A stretch of 64,000 nt of DNA, from the NCBI RefSeq assembly GCF_963921235.1, contig NC_086097.1, forward strand, positions 246,080,001 to 246,144,000, written 5' to 3'. Below, piece after piece: positions 50,780 through 64,000 of the stretch. The stretch is from Mobula hypostoma. Its lineage: Eukaryota. Every line of letters starts with the position of its first letter. The first letter of the stretch is position 1. The position numbers and the translations under genes are program-made. Under the pieces are notes generated by a model that ran no database searches, was not told the origin of the DNA, and worked only from the letters and a program-made list of their open reading frames with translations.

Positions 50780-51490
50780 CCAAGAGATTCTGCAGATGCT
50801 GGAAACCCTAAAATGCAGGAGGAATTGAGCAGCAGGTTAAGCAGCATCTATGGAGGTGAATAAAGCAGTTAATGTTTCAGGCCGAGTCCCTTCACTAGGA
50901 CTGGAAGGGAAGGGGGAAGAAGCCAGAATAAGGTGAGGGGAAGAGGAAGGAGAACAAGCTGGCGGGAGATGGGTGAGACCACATGAGGGGGAAGGTGGGT
51001 GGATAAGGGGGGAAGGATGAGGCAAGGGGAGAAAAAAAACCAGAGGACATGGGTTAAGGGTGAGGGGGGAAAAGTTTAAAGGGAACATTAGGGGGGCTTC
51101 TTCACACAGAGAGTGGTGGGAGTATGGAATGAGCTGCCAGATGAGGTGGTAAATGCGGGTTCTTTTTTAACATTTAAGAATAAATTGGACAGATACATGG
51201 ATGGGAGGTGTATGGAGGGATATGGTCCGTGTGCAGGTCAGTGAGACTAGGCAGAAAATGGTTCGGCACAGCCAAGAAGGGCCAAAAGGCCTGTTTCTGT
51301 GCTGTAGTTTCTATGGTTCTATGGTTCTATGAGTTAAGATGCTGGGAGGTGATAGGTGGAAAAGGTAAAGGGCTGAAGAAGGAGGAATCTGATAGGGCAG
51401 GAGAGTGGACCGTAGGAGGAAGAAAGGAGGGGAGGCACCAGAGGGGAGGTGATAGGGAAGCCAGGAGAAGGGGTGAGAGGGGAACCACAA
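50780..51490 (-). mobile_element. Penelope pLTR/3' UTR interrupted by a CR1 3' end (51035-51330, + strand)
   Basis: pLTR ..gtttcaggccgagtcccttcactaggactg; CR1 piece encodes GFFTQRVV and ends in a (ttctatgg)n tail. Confidence 0.65.
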
Positions 51491-51559
51491 TGGCTTTTGC
51501 ATTATTAATTCTAGTAAGCGATTTTTAAAAATCACATTAAAATAGACGAATTCAATGCT

Positions 51560-52700
51560 CTAAATTTCGCAGGCAATTCCAAAATTAACCCTTAACATAA
51601 ACCTGCCAATCTCGCAGCAACGTCTGGTAAGTGCTCGAACGGGGGTTCCCATTCCCATCCATGCCATAAAAAAAGTTGGGAACCCCTGCTCGACAAGTTA
51701 ACTGGTCACATGCAGTGTGTAAAGTGGTCAATTAGTATCTCAATTGACAGCACAGTTTGGTGCTGACTGAGGGGGAACGGCTACAAGGGCCTCCCGCCAT
51801 TTAGTTCAAATGCACATTTGTTTTCCATAATCACTTTTCCTAATTGCCGTTATCTTATAACGTCTTATTTACTTTTGTTCGAAAATAGACCACCAGGCTA
51901 CGTTTGCCGATCACCCGTTTACCGAAACGATATGATGTAGCCCCAAGTATAAACACAAACATGGGCACTGGTACTCGGTGGTGCGACGGTTAACAATTTA
52001 CCATACATATAACCTAGCATTCGGGCTTACAATGTATCCCCAGAGTACTTCTTGTACGATGATTAATTTTTGAAAAGACGCACTTTTCCAGGTTATGGAC
52101 AAGATTTGATTTGCCGCCGAAGCCAAACTCTCTCCCTTTACTACACAGACGTTCCATTCCATAACTCAGCCTATACATTGTGTTTACATTCAAATTCCAC
52201 CAGCCCAGCACTGAACCCCCCACCCACCTCCCCAATAGGTTGGACTAAATGTACAGCCTTACCTAATCGCTTCAGAAAGGAACCAAGGCAGTTTGGGAGT
52301 CAGGGGCCGGGGCGAGAGAATCACTGAGGCAGTCTGCAGTCCCGCGGTCATCTGAGGACACGGATTACCAGTCTGCAAAGGAACTCACTGAGTTACATTT
52401 AAAAACGGCTTTGAAAGAAAAGTTACTGACACCAGCACTTCTTATTTACGGCCTTGGCACGGGGACAGGTGACCCGATTTACGATGCCTTTATCTCGTTA
52501 TGTGCATATTATTGTCTATTGTTACAACGAGCACTGCCATGCTCTGGTGCACCATGCTCCGTTTGTGTCAAGTTCTAATTAAAACAACCCCTTTACTGTC
52601 TCCCGCACCAGACGAATACACCAACTTCCCCTGCTCAGGGTATCCGTGTAGAAGGGTTGGGAATGAACACAAAGACCCGTTTCAAATTACATCTGCCCTT
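51560..52700. promoter_or_regulatory. CpG-enriched, apparently unique region; candidate promoter or first exon
   Basis: Visibly more CG dinucleotides than the flanks; GC-box-like ggggccggggcg at ~52303; minus-strand donor AG|GTAAGG at ~52262. Confidence 0.35.
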
Positions 52701-52949
52701 GGCTCATGTTGAGTTTTCAGGGGTACTTCTTGTTTTTGGAAGGTAACAGAACACCATTTAACCAACATTTAACCCACCAAATACACCCAGTGGCTACTTT
52801 GTGTACCTCCTGTACCTAATAAAGTGGCCACTGAGCACATACTCATAGTCCTCTGCTACTATAGCCCATGGACTTCAGGTTTCAAACTGTTGTGTGTGCA
52901 GAGATGCTCTTCTGCACTGTACAGATACAAAGTTATTTGAGTTACTGTC

Positions 52950-55490
52950 ATAAGGGCACAAGAAATAGGAGCAGGAGTCAGCCATCTGGGCTGTCGAGCC
53001 TGCTCCGCCATTCAATATCATGGCTGATCTGGCCATGGACTCATCTCCACCTACCTGCCTTTTCCCCATAACCCTTAATTTCCCTACTATGCAAAAATCT
53101 ACATTTACTGAGGTAGCTGCCACTGCTTCATTGGGCAGAGAATTCCACAGATTCACCACTCTCTGGGAGAAACAGCTTCTCCTCATCTTCTGTCCTGAAT
53201 TTACTCCCCCGAATGTTGAGGCTATGTCCCCTAGTTCTAGTCTCACCTACCAATGGAAACAACTTTCCTGCCTCTATCTTATCCATCCCTTTCATAATTT
53301 TATGTATTTCTTTCAAATTTCCTCTCATCCTTCTGAATTCCAGTGAGTACAGTCCCAGGCAACTCAATCTCTCCTCATAATCTAACCCTCACACCTCTGG
53401 AATCAACCTGGTGAACCCCCTCTGCACTGCCTCCAAAGCCAGTCTATCCTTCCTCAAGTAAGGAGCCCAGATCTGCACACAGTACTCCAGATGCAGCCTC
53501 ACCAGTACCCTGTATAGTTGCAGCATAATCTCCTGTTCTTAAATTCAATCCCTCTAGCAGTGAGGGCCAGCGTTCCATTTGCCTTCTTGATAGCCTGCTG
53601 CATCTGCAAACCAACCTTTTGCGATTCATGCACAAGCACTTCCAATTCCCTCTGCACAGCAGCATGCTGCAATCTTTTACCATTTAAATAATAATCTGCT
53701 CTTCCACTTTTCCTTCCAAAGTGGATGACCTCACATTTACCAACATTGTTTACCATCTGCCAGACACCTTGCTCACTCACCCAACCTATCTATATCTCTC
53801 TGCAGGCTCTCCGTATCTTCTGCACAATTTGCTTTTCCACTCAATTTAGTGTCATCAAGAAACTTAGATACACTATACTCAGTACCCTCTTACAGATCAT
53901 TAATGTATATCATGAACAGTTGCAGGCCCAGTAGCAACCCCTCAGCACACCACTCACCACAGATTGCCAGCCAGAGTAACACTTGGGTATCCCAACTCTC
54001 TGCTTTCTATTGGTTAACCAATCCTCTATCCATGCTAATACATCACCCCAAACTCTATGCATCCTTATCTTATGGAGAAGTCTTTTATGTGGCATCTTAT
54101 TGAACGTCTTCTGGAAATCCAAGTAAATAATGTCCATCTGCTCCGCTCTATCCATTGTGCTCCTCATTATATCCTCAAAGAACTCCAGCAAGTTTGTCAA
54201 ACAGGACTTGTCTTTGCTGAATCCATGCTGCATCTGCCTGATGGATCCATTTCTTTCCAGACACCTCGCTATTCCTTCTTTAATGATAGCTTCAAACATT
54301 TTCCCAACTACAGATGTTAAACTAACTGCCTATAGTTACCTGTCTGTTGCCTACATCCTTTCTTGAACAGTGACATTCACCTTCTTCCAATCTGCTGGGA
54401 CCTTCCCAGTGTGCAGAGAATTTTGGTAAATTATCACCAAAGCCTCGACCATAGCCTCTGCCATTTCTTTCAGTACCCTGGGATGCATTTTATCAGGACC
54501 AGGGGACCTGGTCATACTTAGGCCCACAAGTTTGTTCAGCACTACCTCTTTAGTAATAGCTATTGTATCGAGGTCCTCAGCTTCCATCGTATCTACAACA
54601 TCTCTCTTTGGCATTTTAGATATGTCCTCCACCGTGAAGACCAACACAAAAGAGTCATTCAAAACCTCAGATACTTCCTCAATACCCAATATCAATTCCC
54701 CTTTCTCATCCTCCAAGGGACCTATCTTCACTTTAGCCACCTTTTTCCACTTTATATAATCATAAAAACTTTTACTATCTGTTTTTATACTTTGTGCTAG
54801 TTTTTTTTTTCATAATCTATCCCCTCGTTCTTTATTGTTTACTTAGTGGTTCTTTGTTGATTTTTAAAGATTTCCCAATCTTCCAGTTTCCCACTACTCT
54901 TGGCAACTTCACATGCAGGAGCTTTAAGTTATCCTTAGTTATCCAAGGCTGGCTCCCCCCACCCTTACTGTCCTTACTTTTAATTGGAATACACTTTTGT
55001 TGAGCACCATGGATAATCTCTTTGAAAGTCTTCCACTGCTCCTCAACTGTCCCACCACATAGCCTGTGTTCCCAGTCTATCCTCTCCAACTCCGCCTTCA
55101 CCCCCTTGTAGTCTCCCTTGTTTAGGCATAATACACTGGTTTTAGATTGAACTACTGCACCCTCCATTTGTATGAGAAACACATTCATACTGTGATCACT
55201 CTTTCTCTTTCTAACTACAAGATCACTAATTTTACCTGCCTCATTGCACAGGACCAGATCCAAAATAGCACGTTCTCTTGTAGGCTCAGTAGCATGCTGT
55301 TCAAGAAAGCCATCACGGATGCACTCTACGGTCCTCCTCAAGACTGCCTTGACCAACTTAATTCACCCAATCTATGTGCAAGTTAAAGTCCCCCATGATA
55401 ACTGCTGTTCCATCTTTACATGCCTCAGATATTTCTCGCTTTATTGCCTGTGCCACTGTAAAGTTACTATTTGGTGGCTGATAGGCAACT
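52950..55490 (-). mobile_element. CR1 LINE ORF2, degenerate
   Basis: PTRERAILDLVL, SDH, SPGPD, QHGF and LEFRRMRG motifs. Confidence 0.92.
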
Positions 55491-55674
55491 CCTACAAAGA
55501 ATCTCCTCAGAGAATTCCAACATGTTTGTTAGGCAAGATTCTCCCTTAAGGAAACCATGCTGACTTTGTCCTATCTTACCCTTTGTTACCAAGTACTCCA
55601 TTACCTCATCCTTAACAATTGACCCCAATATCTTCCCAATCACTAAGGTCAGGCTGATTTGTTTTCCCATTCAT

Positions 55675-55917
55675 TCTCATCATCAGGTGCCATGCCCAGT
55701 TTGAGCTTTGACTGCCATGGCCCACACACTCCTTTTTCGGGTCAAGTGAATCAATTCATTGGTATTCATTTCCAGTTCTCTGGCTGCTGTCTCCATCATC
55801 ATTTGTCTTTGTCTTCCTCTTGCTTTCATCCCTTCAATTTTTCCCTTAATTACCGTGCATTCTAACTCCTCTTTCCTAATCACATGTCCAATGAGGTCAC
55901 GTTGCCTTTTCATGATC
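55675..55917 (-). mobile_element. RTE LINE 3' end
   Basis: IGHVIRKEELE..GKIEG..ARGRQR. Confidence 0.8.
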
Positions 55918-55919
55918 TC

Positions 55920-58900
55920 CTTTCCAATATTTTCATTAATTAATTAATTTACATATAAGAATACAGAGCATAGGAAAAAAAATATATATCGATACATTAT
56001 TTGAAATCACATATAAAGACTCCTTACCCTATGAATATAGTAATTTTATTATATTAAAAAAAATCTAACCCACTACCAAGACCGAAGCTGATTAGTAAAG
56101 AAAAAAAGGGGAAAAATTATTAGTCATCATCTGTGCTTTAACAGCAAATCAAAGGTTTTGAAGGTAATTCAGAAAAGGTCCCCACAATGTTTGAGAGTCT
56201 TGACTAGATTCAGAGATTGAACATTGAATCTTCTCTAAATTTAAACATGACATCACATCACGTAACCATTGAGCGTGAATAGGAGGGGCCGCATCTTTCC
56301 ATTTAAGCAAGAGCGTCCTTCTGGCCATAAGAGACATAAAAGCCAAAATGTGCAAGTCAGATGATTCCAAAATAATATCCTTTCCTCCAACAATACCAAA
56401 TAAAGCAGTCAAAGGATTAGGCTTAAAGTTAACTTTAAAAAGTATCGAGAAAGTTTGAAATACTTCTTTCCAATATTTTCCAAGACTCGGACATGTCCAA
56501 AACATATGAATGAGTGAAGCTTCTCCATTATTACATTTATCACAATATGGAGATATATCTAAATAAAAACGAGACAACTTATCCTTGGTCATATGGGCCC
56601 TATGGACCACTTTAAATTATAGGAGAGAATGGTGAGCACATAACGATGAAGTGTTAACCAATTTAAAAAATTGATTCCAAGTTTCCTCAGAAATTGAAGT
56701 CTGTAAATCTTGTTCCCAAAGATTTTTAGTTTTATATAAAGGAACACTTCTCATTCCCAGAAGCATATTATAAATATTAGATATAGATCCATTATAAAAA
56801 GGTTTCAAATTAAAGATTACATCTAGTAGATTCTTATCAGGACTCTTAGGACATGTACTTATTTGAGACTGTAAAAAAAATCTCTTATTTGTAGGTATCA
56901 ACGAAAATGAGTTTTGGGTAAACTATATTTAGTTGACAGTTGTTCAAACGAAAAAAGAATTTCCTCTACAAACAAGTCCTGAAAGCATTTAATACCTAAT
57001 CTATCCCATTCTTTAAAAGCCACATCAATCATAGAGGGTTTAAAAAATAATTAGAAAAAATGGGACTCGAAAAAGAAAATCTCAACAAGCCAAAGTATTT
57101 TTGGAATTGTATCCAAATTCTCATGGTGTGTTTAACTACCAGATTATCAGTTAACTTACTCAGAGACAAAGGGAGTGAGGATCCAAGAAGAGAAATAATA
57201 GAGAATTTATTAACAGAGTTACCTTCTAAAAACACCCACATCGGGCAATCCTCACGATTTATGTAATATAACCAGAATGTAAGATTTCTTATATTAACTG
57301 CCCAATAATGAAATCTAAAGTTTGGTAAGGTTAATCCTCCATTCTTTTTATCTTTCTAAAGATGAATTTTGTTTAATCTAGATGCTTATTCTTCCAGATA
57401 TAAGAAGATATAATAGAGTCAAGGGAATCAAAAAAAGGATTTAGGAATAAAAACCGGCAATGCCTGAAGGTGATATATAAATTTAGGTAATATATTCATT
57501 TTGATAGAGTTGATTCGACCAATCAGCGATAACGAAAGAGGCAACCAATTTGATAGTATCGTTTTTACGTGATTCAATAGGGTAAGAAAATTTTCTTTAA
57601 ATAGACACTTATAGATCTTAGTGATTGTTACACCTAAGTAGGTAAATTGGTTTCTTATTACAATTTTAAAAGAAAGGTTAGAATTTGTAGGTATCAAATT
57701 GTTCAAAGGAAAAAGTTCACTTTCAAATAGGTTTAATTTATAACCTGAGAACTGGGTAAAACAGGAGAGTAAAGAAAGCACATGGGGTAACAAAGTCTCA
57801 ACATTAGAAATAAATAGCAGCAAATCATCAGCATACGGCGAGACTTTATGAATAGTGTCTCTCCTTAAAATACCGGTGATATCATTAGATGCTCGAAAGG
57901 CAATGGCTAAGGGTTCTAAGGCCAGGTCAAAAAGCAAAGGGCTCAATGGACAGCCTTGTCTGGTGCCATGTTGAAGTGTAAATAGTTTGGAATTATGAGA
58001 ATTAGTGATAACACTAGCGGAAGGAGATAAATAAAGTAATTTAATCCTTTGAATGAAAACGGGTCCAAAATTGTATTTTTCTAAAGTTTTAAACAAATAA
58101 TTCCATTCAACTCTGTCGAAAGCTTTCTCAGCATCTAGGGATACCACATATTCTGATATCATGTTAGAAAGAGAATAAATAACATTTAATAACCGAAGAA
58201 TATTAAAGTGAGAATGTCGATTTTTGATAAATCCAGTTTGGTTATCAGAAATGACAGATGGTAAAATATTTTCAATCCTATGGGGCAAAACTTTAGATAG
58301 GATCTTAGTATCAACATTAAGTAAAGAGATTGGTCTATAAGAAGAGCATTCAGTTGGATCCTTATTCTTTTTAAGAATAAGAGAAATGAAAGACTTTTAA
58401 AAAGATTGAGGGAGTCTGCCTGACTTAAATGAATCCAAAAAAACTGAACATAAATAAGCAGTGAGGAAAAGGTCTTGTAAAATTCTCCAGAAAATCCATC
58501 TGGGCCTGGAGCTTTCCTCAAATGTAATGAGCGCACAGCCTCAACAATTTCCTCAAAAGAAATTGGTTGCTCCAACAACTTTCTGTTGTCGGCAGAAAAT
58601 GTAGGAATGTTTAGTTGATCTAAAAAAATTGTTCATTACAGTGTTATCCTTAGAAGATTCAGAACTACAAAGTATAAAGTTTGGAGTAAAATTCTCTAAA
58701 AGTATCATTTATTTCTAAATAATCGGTTGTCCTATCACCATCAGCTTTGCATATTTCTTTAATCTGTTGCTTAGCTGTAAAGGTTTTAATTTGATCAGCC
58801 AATAATTTACCTATTTTATCACCATGAATATAAAATTGACTTTTATCCTTTAGAAGTTGGGTTTCAATTGGATAAGTTAAAAGGAGATCATATTTAGTTT

Positions 58901-59362
58901 TAATTTCAACACGTCTTTTATATAAGGCAGGTTCTGGAGCCAAGGCATACTCTTGGTCTAACTGTTTCAACTGATTAGCTAAATCACTTCTCTCTTTATC
59001 AGCTTTTTTCTTAATACTTGCAGTATAAGAAATAACTTGTCCTTTAATATACGCCTTAAAGGCATCCCATCTGATAAGACGAGAAGTCTCCTCTAACGTA
59101 TTCTCTTCAAAAAGAAGTAATTTGTCTCTCCATAAACTTTAAAAAATCTTTATCAGATAACGAAGTTAGATTAAACCTCCGGAATCTATTTGTTTGAAGA
59201 AGACCAGGGAGATTTAAAGATAGAAACACAGAAGCGTGATCTGAAACAGCAATCTCTCTATATTCACAGGATCAAACTAATGCAATCATTTGGCTATCAA
59301 TAAAAAAAATCAATCCTGGAATATGTATGATAGACATGAGAGAAAAACAAATATTCCTTCTC
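55920..59362 (-). mobile_element. L1-clade LINE ORF2, degenerate
   Basis: SDH, WDAFKAYIKG, KAPGPDGF, QTGFI, LDAEKAFDRVEW, GTRQGCPLSP, YADD; C-terminal CDKC..HMFWTC. Confidence 0.92.
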
Positions 59363-59364
59363 TT

Positions 59365-59668
59365 TACCACCTCACACTTCTCCGTGTTGAAATCCATCTG
59401 CCACTTCTCAGCCCACTTCTGCATCCTATCAATGTCTCTCTGCAATCTTCGACAATCCTTTACACTATCTACAACACCACCAACCTTTGTGTCGTCTGCA
59501 AACTTGCCAACCCACCCTTCTACCCCAACATCCAGGTCGTTAATAAAAATCACGAAAAGTAGAGTTCCCAGAACCGATCCTTGTGGGACACCACTAGTCA
59601 CAACCCTCCAATCCGAATGTACTCCCTCCACCACGATCTTCTGCCTTCTGCAGGCAAGCCAATTCTAA
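59365..59668 (-). mobile_element. CR1 RT fragment closely similar to 12998-13300
   Basis: VEGVHSDWRVVTSGVPQGSVLG..FADD. Confidence 0.88.
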
Positions 59669-59677
59669 ATCCACTTA

Positions 59678-61310
59678 CTATTACATGGGAGAAGGTGCTC
59701 AAAAAGCTGAAAGACCTAGGGTACTTAAGTCACCTGGACCAGATGAACTGCACCCTAGGGTTTTGAAAGAGGTAACGGTGGAGATTGTGGACGCATTAGC
59801 AATGATCTTTCAAAAATCATTGGACTTTGGCATGCTGCCAGAGGACTGGAAAATTGCAAATGTCACTCCATTCTGTAAGAAAGGAGGAAGGCAGCAGAAA
59901 GGAAATTATAGACCAGTTAGCCTGACCTCAGTGATTGGGAATTTGTTGGCGTCAATTGTTAAGGATGAGGTAATGGAGTACTTGGTGACACAGGGCAAGA
60001 TAGGACAAAGTCAGCATGGTTTCCTTAAGGGAAAATCTTGCCTAACAAATATGTTGGAATTCTTTGAAGAGATTACAAGAAGGATAGATAAAGGGGATTT
60101 TAGTGGATGTTGTATATTTGGATTTTCAGAAGGCCTTTGACAAGGTGCCACACTTGAGGCTGCTTACCAAGTTAAGAGCCAATGGTATTATAGGAAAGTT
60201 ACTGGCATGGTTAAAGTATTTGCTGATTGGTCGGAGGCAGCGAGTGGGAATAAAAGGATCCTTTTCTGGTTGGCTGCCAGTGACTAGTGGTGTTCCGCAG
60301 GGGTCAGTGTTGGGACCACTTCTTTTTATGCTGTATATAAATAGATGATGGAATAGATGGCTTTGTTGCCAAGTTTGCAGATGATACCAAGATCGGTGGA
60401 GGGGCAGGTAGTGTTGAGGAAACAGGTGGGCTGAAGAAGGGCCTAGACAGACTAGGAGAATGGCAAGAGAGTGGCAAATGAAATACAGTGTGGAAAATGC
60501 AATGTCATGCACTTTGGTAGTAGAAATAAATGTACAGACTATTTTCTAAACAGGGAGAAAATCCAAAAATCTGAAATGCAAAAGGACTTGGGTGTCCCTC
60601 TGCAGAACAACCTAAAGATGAACTTTGCAGGTAGAGTTAGTGTTGAGGAAGACAAATACAATGTTAGCATTCATTTCAAGAGGTGTCGAATACAAGAGCA
60701 GGGATGTGATGCTGAGTCTTTATAAGGCACTGGTGAGGCCTCACTTTGAGTATTGTGAACAGTTCTAGCCTTCTCATCTCAGAACACATGTGCTGGCATT
60801 GGAGAGGTTTCAGAGGATGATTCTGGAAATGAAAGAGTTATCATACAAGGAACATTTGGTGGCTCTGGGACTGTACTCACTGGAAGTTAGAAAGATGAGT
60901 GGGGATCTTATTGAAAGTTTTCAAATGTTGAAAGGCCTAGACCGAGTAGATGTGGAAAGACTGTTTCCCATGGTGGGAGAGGCTAGGACAAGAGGGCACA
61001 GCCTCAGGATAGAGGGTCGACCACAGAAAACAGAGATGCAGGGACATTTATTTCTTTAGCCAGAGGGTGGCAAACTTGTGGAACTTGTTACCACAGGCAG
61101 CTGTGGAGGCTTGGTGGTTGGGTACATTTAAGACAGAGATCGATAGGTTCTTGATTGGACATAGCATCAAAGGTTAGAGAGAGAAGGACGGAGAGTGGGG
61201 CTAAAGTGGGACTGAGTGGGACTGAGGAGGGGAAAAAAGGATCGCCATGATTGAATGGTGGAGTAGACTTGATGGGCTAAATGGCCTAATTCTACTCCTA
61301 TGTCTTATGG
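59678..61310 (+). mobile_element. CR1 LINE ORF2 3' half
   Basis: KSPGPD, NYRPVSLTS, DFQKAFD. Confidence 0.92.
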
Positions 61311-61384
61311 ATATTTAATGAACCAGTCTGGCCATTCTCCTTTGAACTTTGTAATTAACAAAGCATTTTCGCCCACAGAACTTT

Positions 61385-62752
61385 TAAAAAAGGATGTAGG
61401 CAAAAGACAGGCAACTATCGGCCAGTTAGTCGGGAACTGTAGTAGGGAAAATGTTTGAAGCTGTCATTAAGGAAGAAATAGCAAAACATTTAGAAAGGAG
61501 TGGTTCCATTAGACCGACGCAGCATGGATTCAGAAAGCGCAGGTCCTGTTTGACAAACTTATTGGAGTTCTTTGAGGACATAATGAGAGCCGTGGATAGA
61601 GGGGAACAGGTGGATGTTGTGTACTTGGATTTCCAGAAGGCGTTTGATAAGGTGCTGCACAAGAGACTTATAAATAAGATATGGATGCATGGAGTTGGAG
61701 GAAGTTTATTGGCATGGATAGTGGATTGGTTAACTGATAGAAGGCAGAGAGCCGGTATAAATGGGTGTTTCTCTGGTTGGCAGTCTGTGGTGAGTGGGGT
61801 GCTGCAGGGGTCGGTGCTGGGCCCTCAGCTGTTTACCATTTACATTGATGATTTGGAAAAGGGGACTGAGTGTAGCGTAGCAAAATTTGCTGATGACACT
61901 AAACTGAGTGGAAAAGCAAATTGTACAGATACAACATTGGTAAATGCGAGATCATCCACTTTAGAAGGAATAATAAACGAGCAGATTATTATTTAAATGG
62001 TGAAAGATTGCAGCATGCTGTTGTGCAGAGGGACCTGGGAGTGCTTGTTCATGAATCACAAAAGTTGGCTTGCAGGTACAACAGGTTATTAAGAAGGCAA
62101 ACGGAATGTTGGCCTTCATTGCTAGAGGGATTGAATTCAAGAGTAGGGAGCTCATGCAGCAACTATACAGGGTACTGGTGAGGCCACACCTGGAGTACTG
62201 TGTGCAGTTCTGGTCTCCATACTTGAGGAAGGATATACTGGCTTTGGAGACAGTGCAGGGGAGGTTCACCAGGTTGATTCCAGGGATGAAAGGGTTAACT
62301 TATGAGGAGAGATTGAGTCGCCGGGGACTATACTCTCTGGAATCCAGAAGAATGAGAGGGGATCTTATAGAAACATACAAAATTCTGAAAGGGATAGATA
62401 AGATGGAAGCAGGAAAGTTGCTTCCATTGGTAGGTGAGACTAGAACTAGGGGACATTGCCTCAAGATTCAGGGGAGAAGATTAGGACAGAGATGAGGAGA
62501 AACTGTTTTTCCCAGCTAATGGTGAATCTGTGGAATTCTCTGCCCAGGGAAGCAGTTGAGGCTTCTTCACTAAATATATTTAAGATACAGTTAGATAGGT
62601 TTTTACATAGTAAGGGAATTAAGGGTTATGGGGAAAAGGCAGGTGGATGGAGCTGAGTTTATGGACAGATCAGCTATGATCTTATTGAATGGCGGGGCAG
62701 GCTCGATGGGCCGGATCGCCCACTGCTGCTCCTATTTCTTGTGTTCTTATGA
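61385..62752 (+). mobile_element. CR1 LINE ORF2 3' half
   Basis: QHGF, DFQKAFD, FADD, RPHLEYC; ttcttat tail. Confidence 0.92.
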
Positions 62753-63050
62753 ACTGCTGCTCATTGGATTTTTTTTTTTGTTTTTTGCACCATTCTCTGT
62801 AAATTCTAGAGACTCTTGTGTGTGAAAACTCCAGGATATCGGCAATTTCTGAGATACTCAAACCACCCCATCTGGCACCAACAATCATTCCATGGTTAAA
62901 GTCACTTCGGTCACATTTCTTTTCTCCCCCATTCTGATGTTTGGTCTGAGCAACCTCTTGACCCTGTCTGCATGTTTTTATGCATTGAGTTGCTGACCAA
63001 CGACTGGCTGATGAGATATTTGTATTAATGAGCAGGTGTGCCTAATTAAC
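62753..63050 (-). mobile_element. Tc1-like transposon remnant
   Basis: MIVGARWGGLSISEIADILEFS. Confidence 0.8.
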
Positions 63051-63424
63051 TGACCTCCCAGTGTTTTGGACAATGATAAAATCAGTGAATACTCACATAT
63101 TCAGTCAAGCCTAATTAACTCCTTGTGCAGTAGAGCTTAATAGTTTGCAAATGTAATTCACTGAAACTATGTAGATTAAAGATTAGCTTTATTTGTCACA
63201 TGTGCATCGAATCATGCAGTGAAAGGCATCTTTTACATTGAGGATGTACTGAGGGCAACCCACAACCGTCACCAGATTCAGATTTTCCTTTCAAATTCCA
63301 ATTTATTTATTTATCCCATGTACATGAAAACATGTAGTGGAATGTATCATTTGTGTTACAAACACACACCCAAAGTTGTGCTGGGGCAGGCTGCAAGCGT
63401 CACCACACATTCCATTGCATGCCA

Positions 63425-63842
63425 TAAAACCATAAACTATAGGAGCAGAATTAGGCCATTTGGCCCATTGAGTCTGCTCCACCATTTCATCATGGCTGAT
63501 CCATTTTCCCTCTCAGCCCCAATCTCCTGCCTTCTCCCTGTATCCCTTCATGCCCTGACCAATCGAGGATCTATCAACCTTTGCCCTAAGTATACCTAAT
63601 AACTTGGCCTCCACAGCTGTCTGTGTCAATGAGTTCCACAGATTCACCACTGTCTGGCTAAAGAAATTCCTCCTCATCTCCATTCTAAATGAACATCCCT
63701 TTATCCTGGGGTTGTATCCTTTGGTCCTAGACTCCCTCATCATAGGAAACATCCTCTCCACATCCACTCAGTTGAGGCCTTTCAACATTTGATAGGTTTC
63801 AATGAGGTCACCCCTCATTCTTCTAAGTTCCAGTGAGTACAA
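63425..63842 (-). mobile_element. CR1 3' end
   Basis: MRRNFFSQTVVNLWNSL. Confidence 0.88.
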
Positions 63843-64000
63843 TTTACTTATCTAATTTAAATTGCCTACGATTTACTAACCCTAACTAATATATCTTTGG
63901 AACGTAAAAGGTGAAAGGCGAAGTAAACCAGGGCACGCGGAGTAAACCCACAGGGTGATGTGGTGAGTGTACGAACCACAGACAGTGCTGGCAATCAAAC

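Overview
This is vertebrate nuclear DNA, probably from a cartilaginous fish (ray or shark), inferred from the repeat repertoire. The window is dominated by transposable elements: many CR1 LINE fragments (one young, with a 569-aa intact ORF2 stretch), an L1-clade LINE, Rex1/Babar-like LINEs, RTE-derived elements, a HERO/RLE LINE end, tRNA SINEs, Tc1 remnants and MITEs, Penelope-like elements, and a rearranged Ty3/Gypsy LTR element. No host protein-coding gene could be identified with confidence; only weak candidate exons and a CpG-enriched candidate promoter near 52 kb were seen. The most notable structures are: (i) a dispersed family of Penelope terminal repeats that together give a minimal hammerhead-ribozyme consensus; (ii) a ~13 kb domain (25.3-38.1 kb) of strand-asymmetric polypurine minisatellites; and (iii) three separate inversion or inverted-duplication events clustered inside that domain, two in the Gypsy element and one in a Penelope element. 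Element boundaries were read by eye and are approximate.
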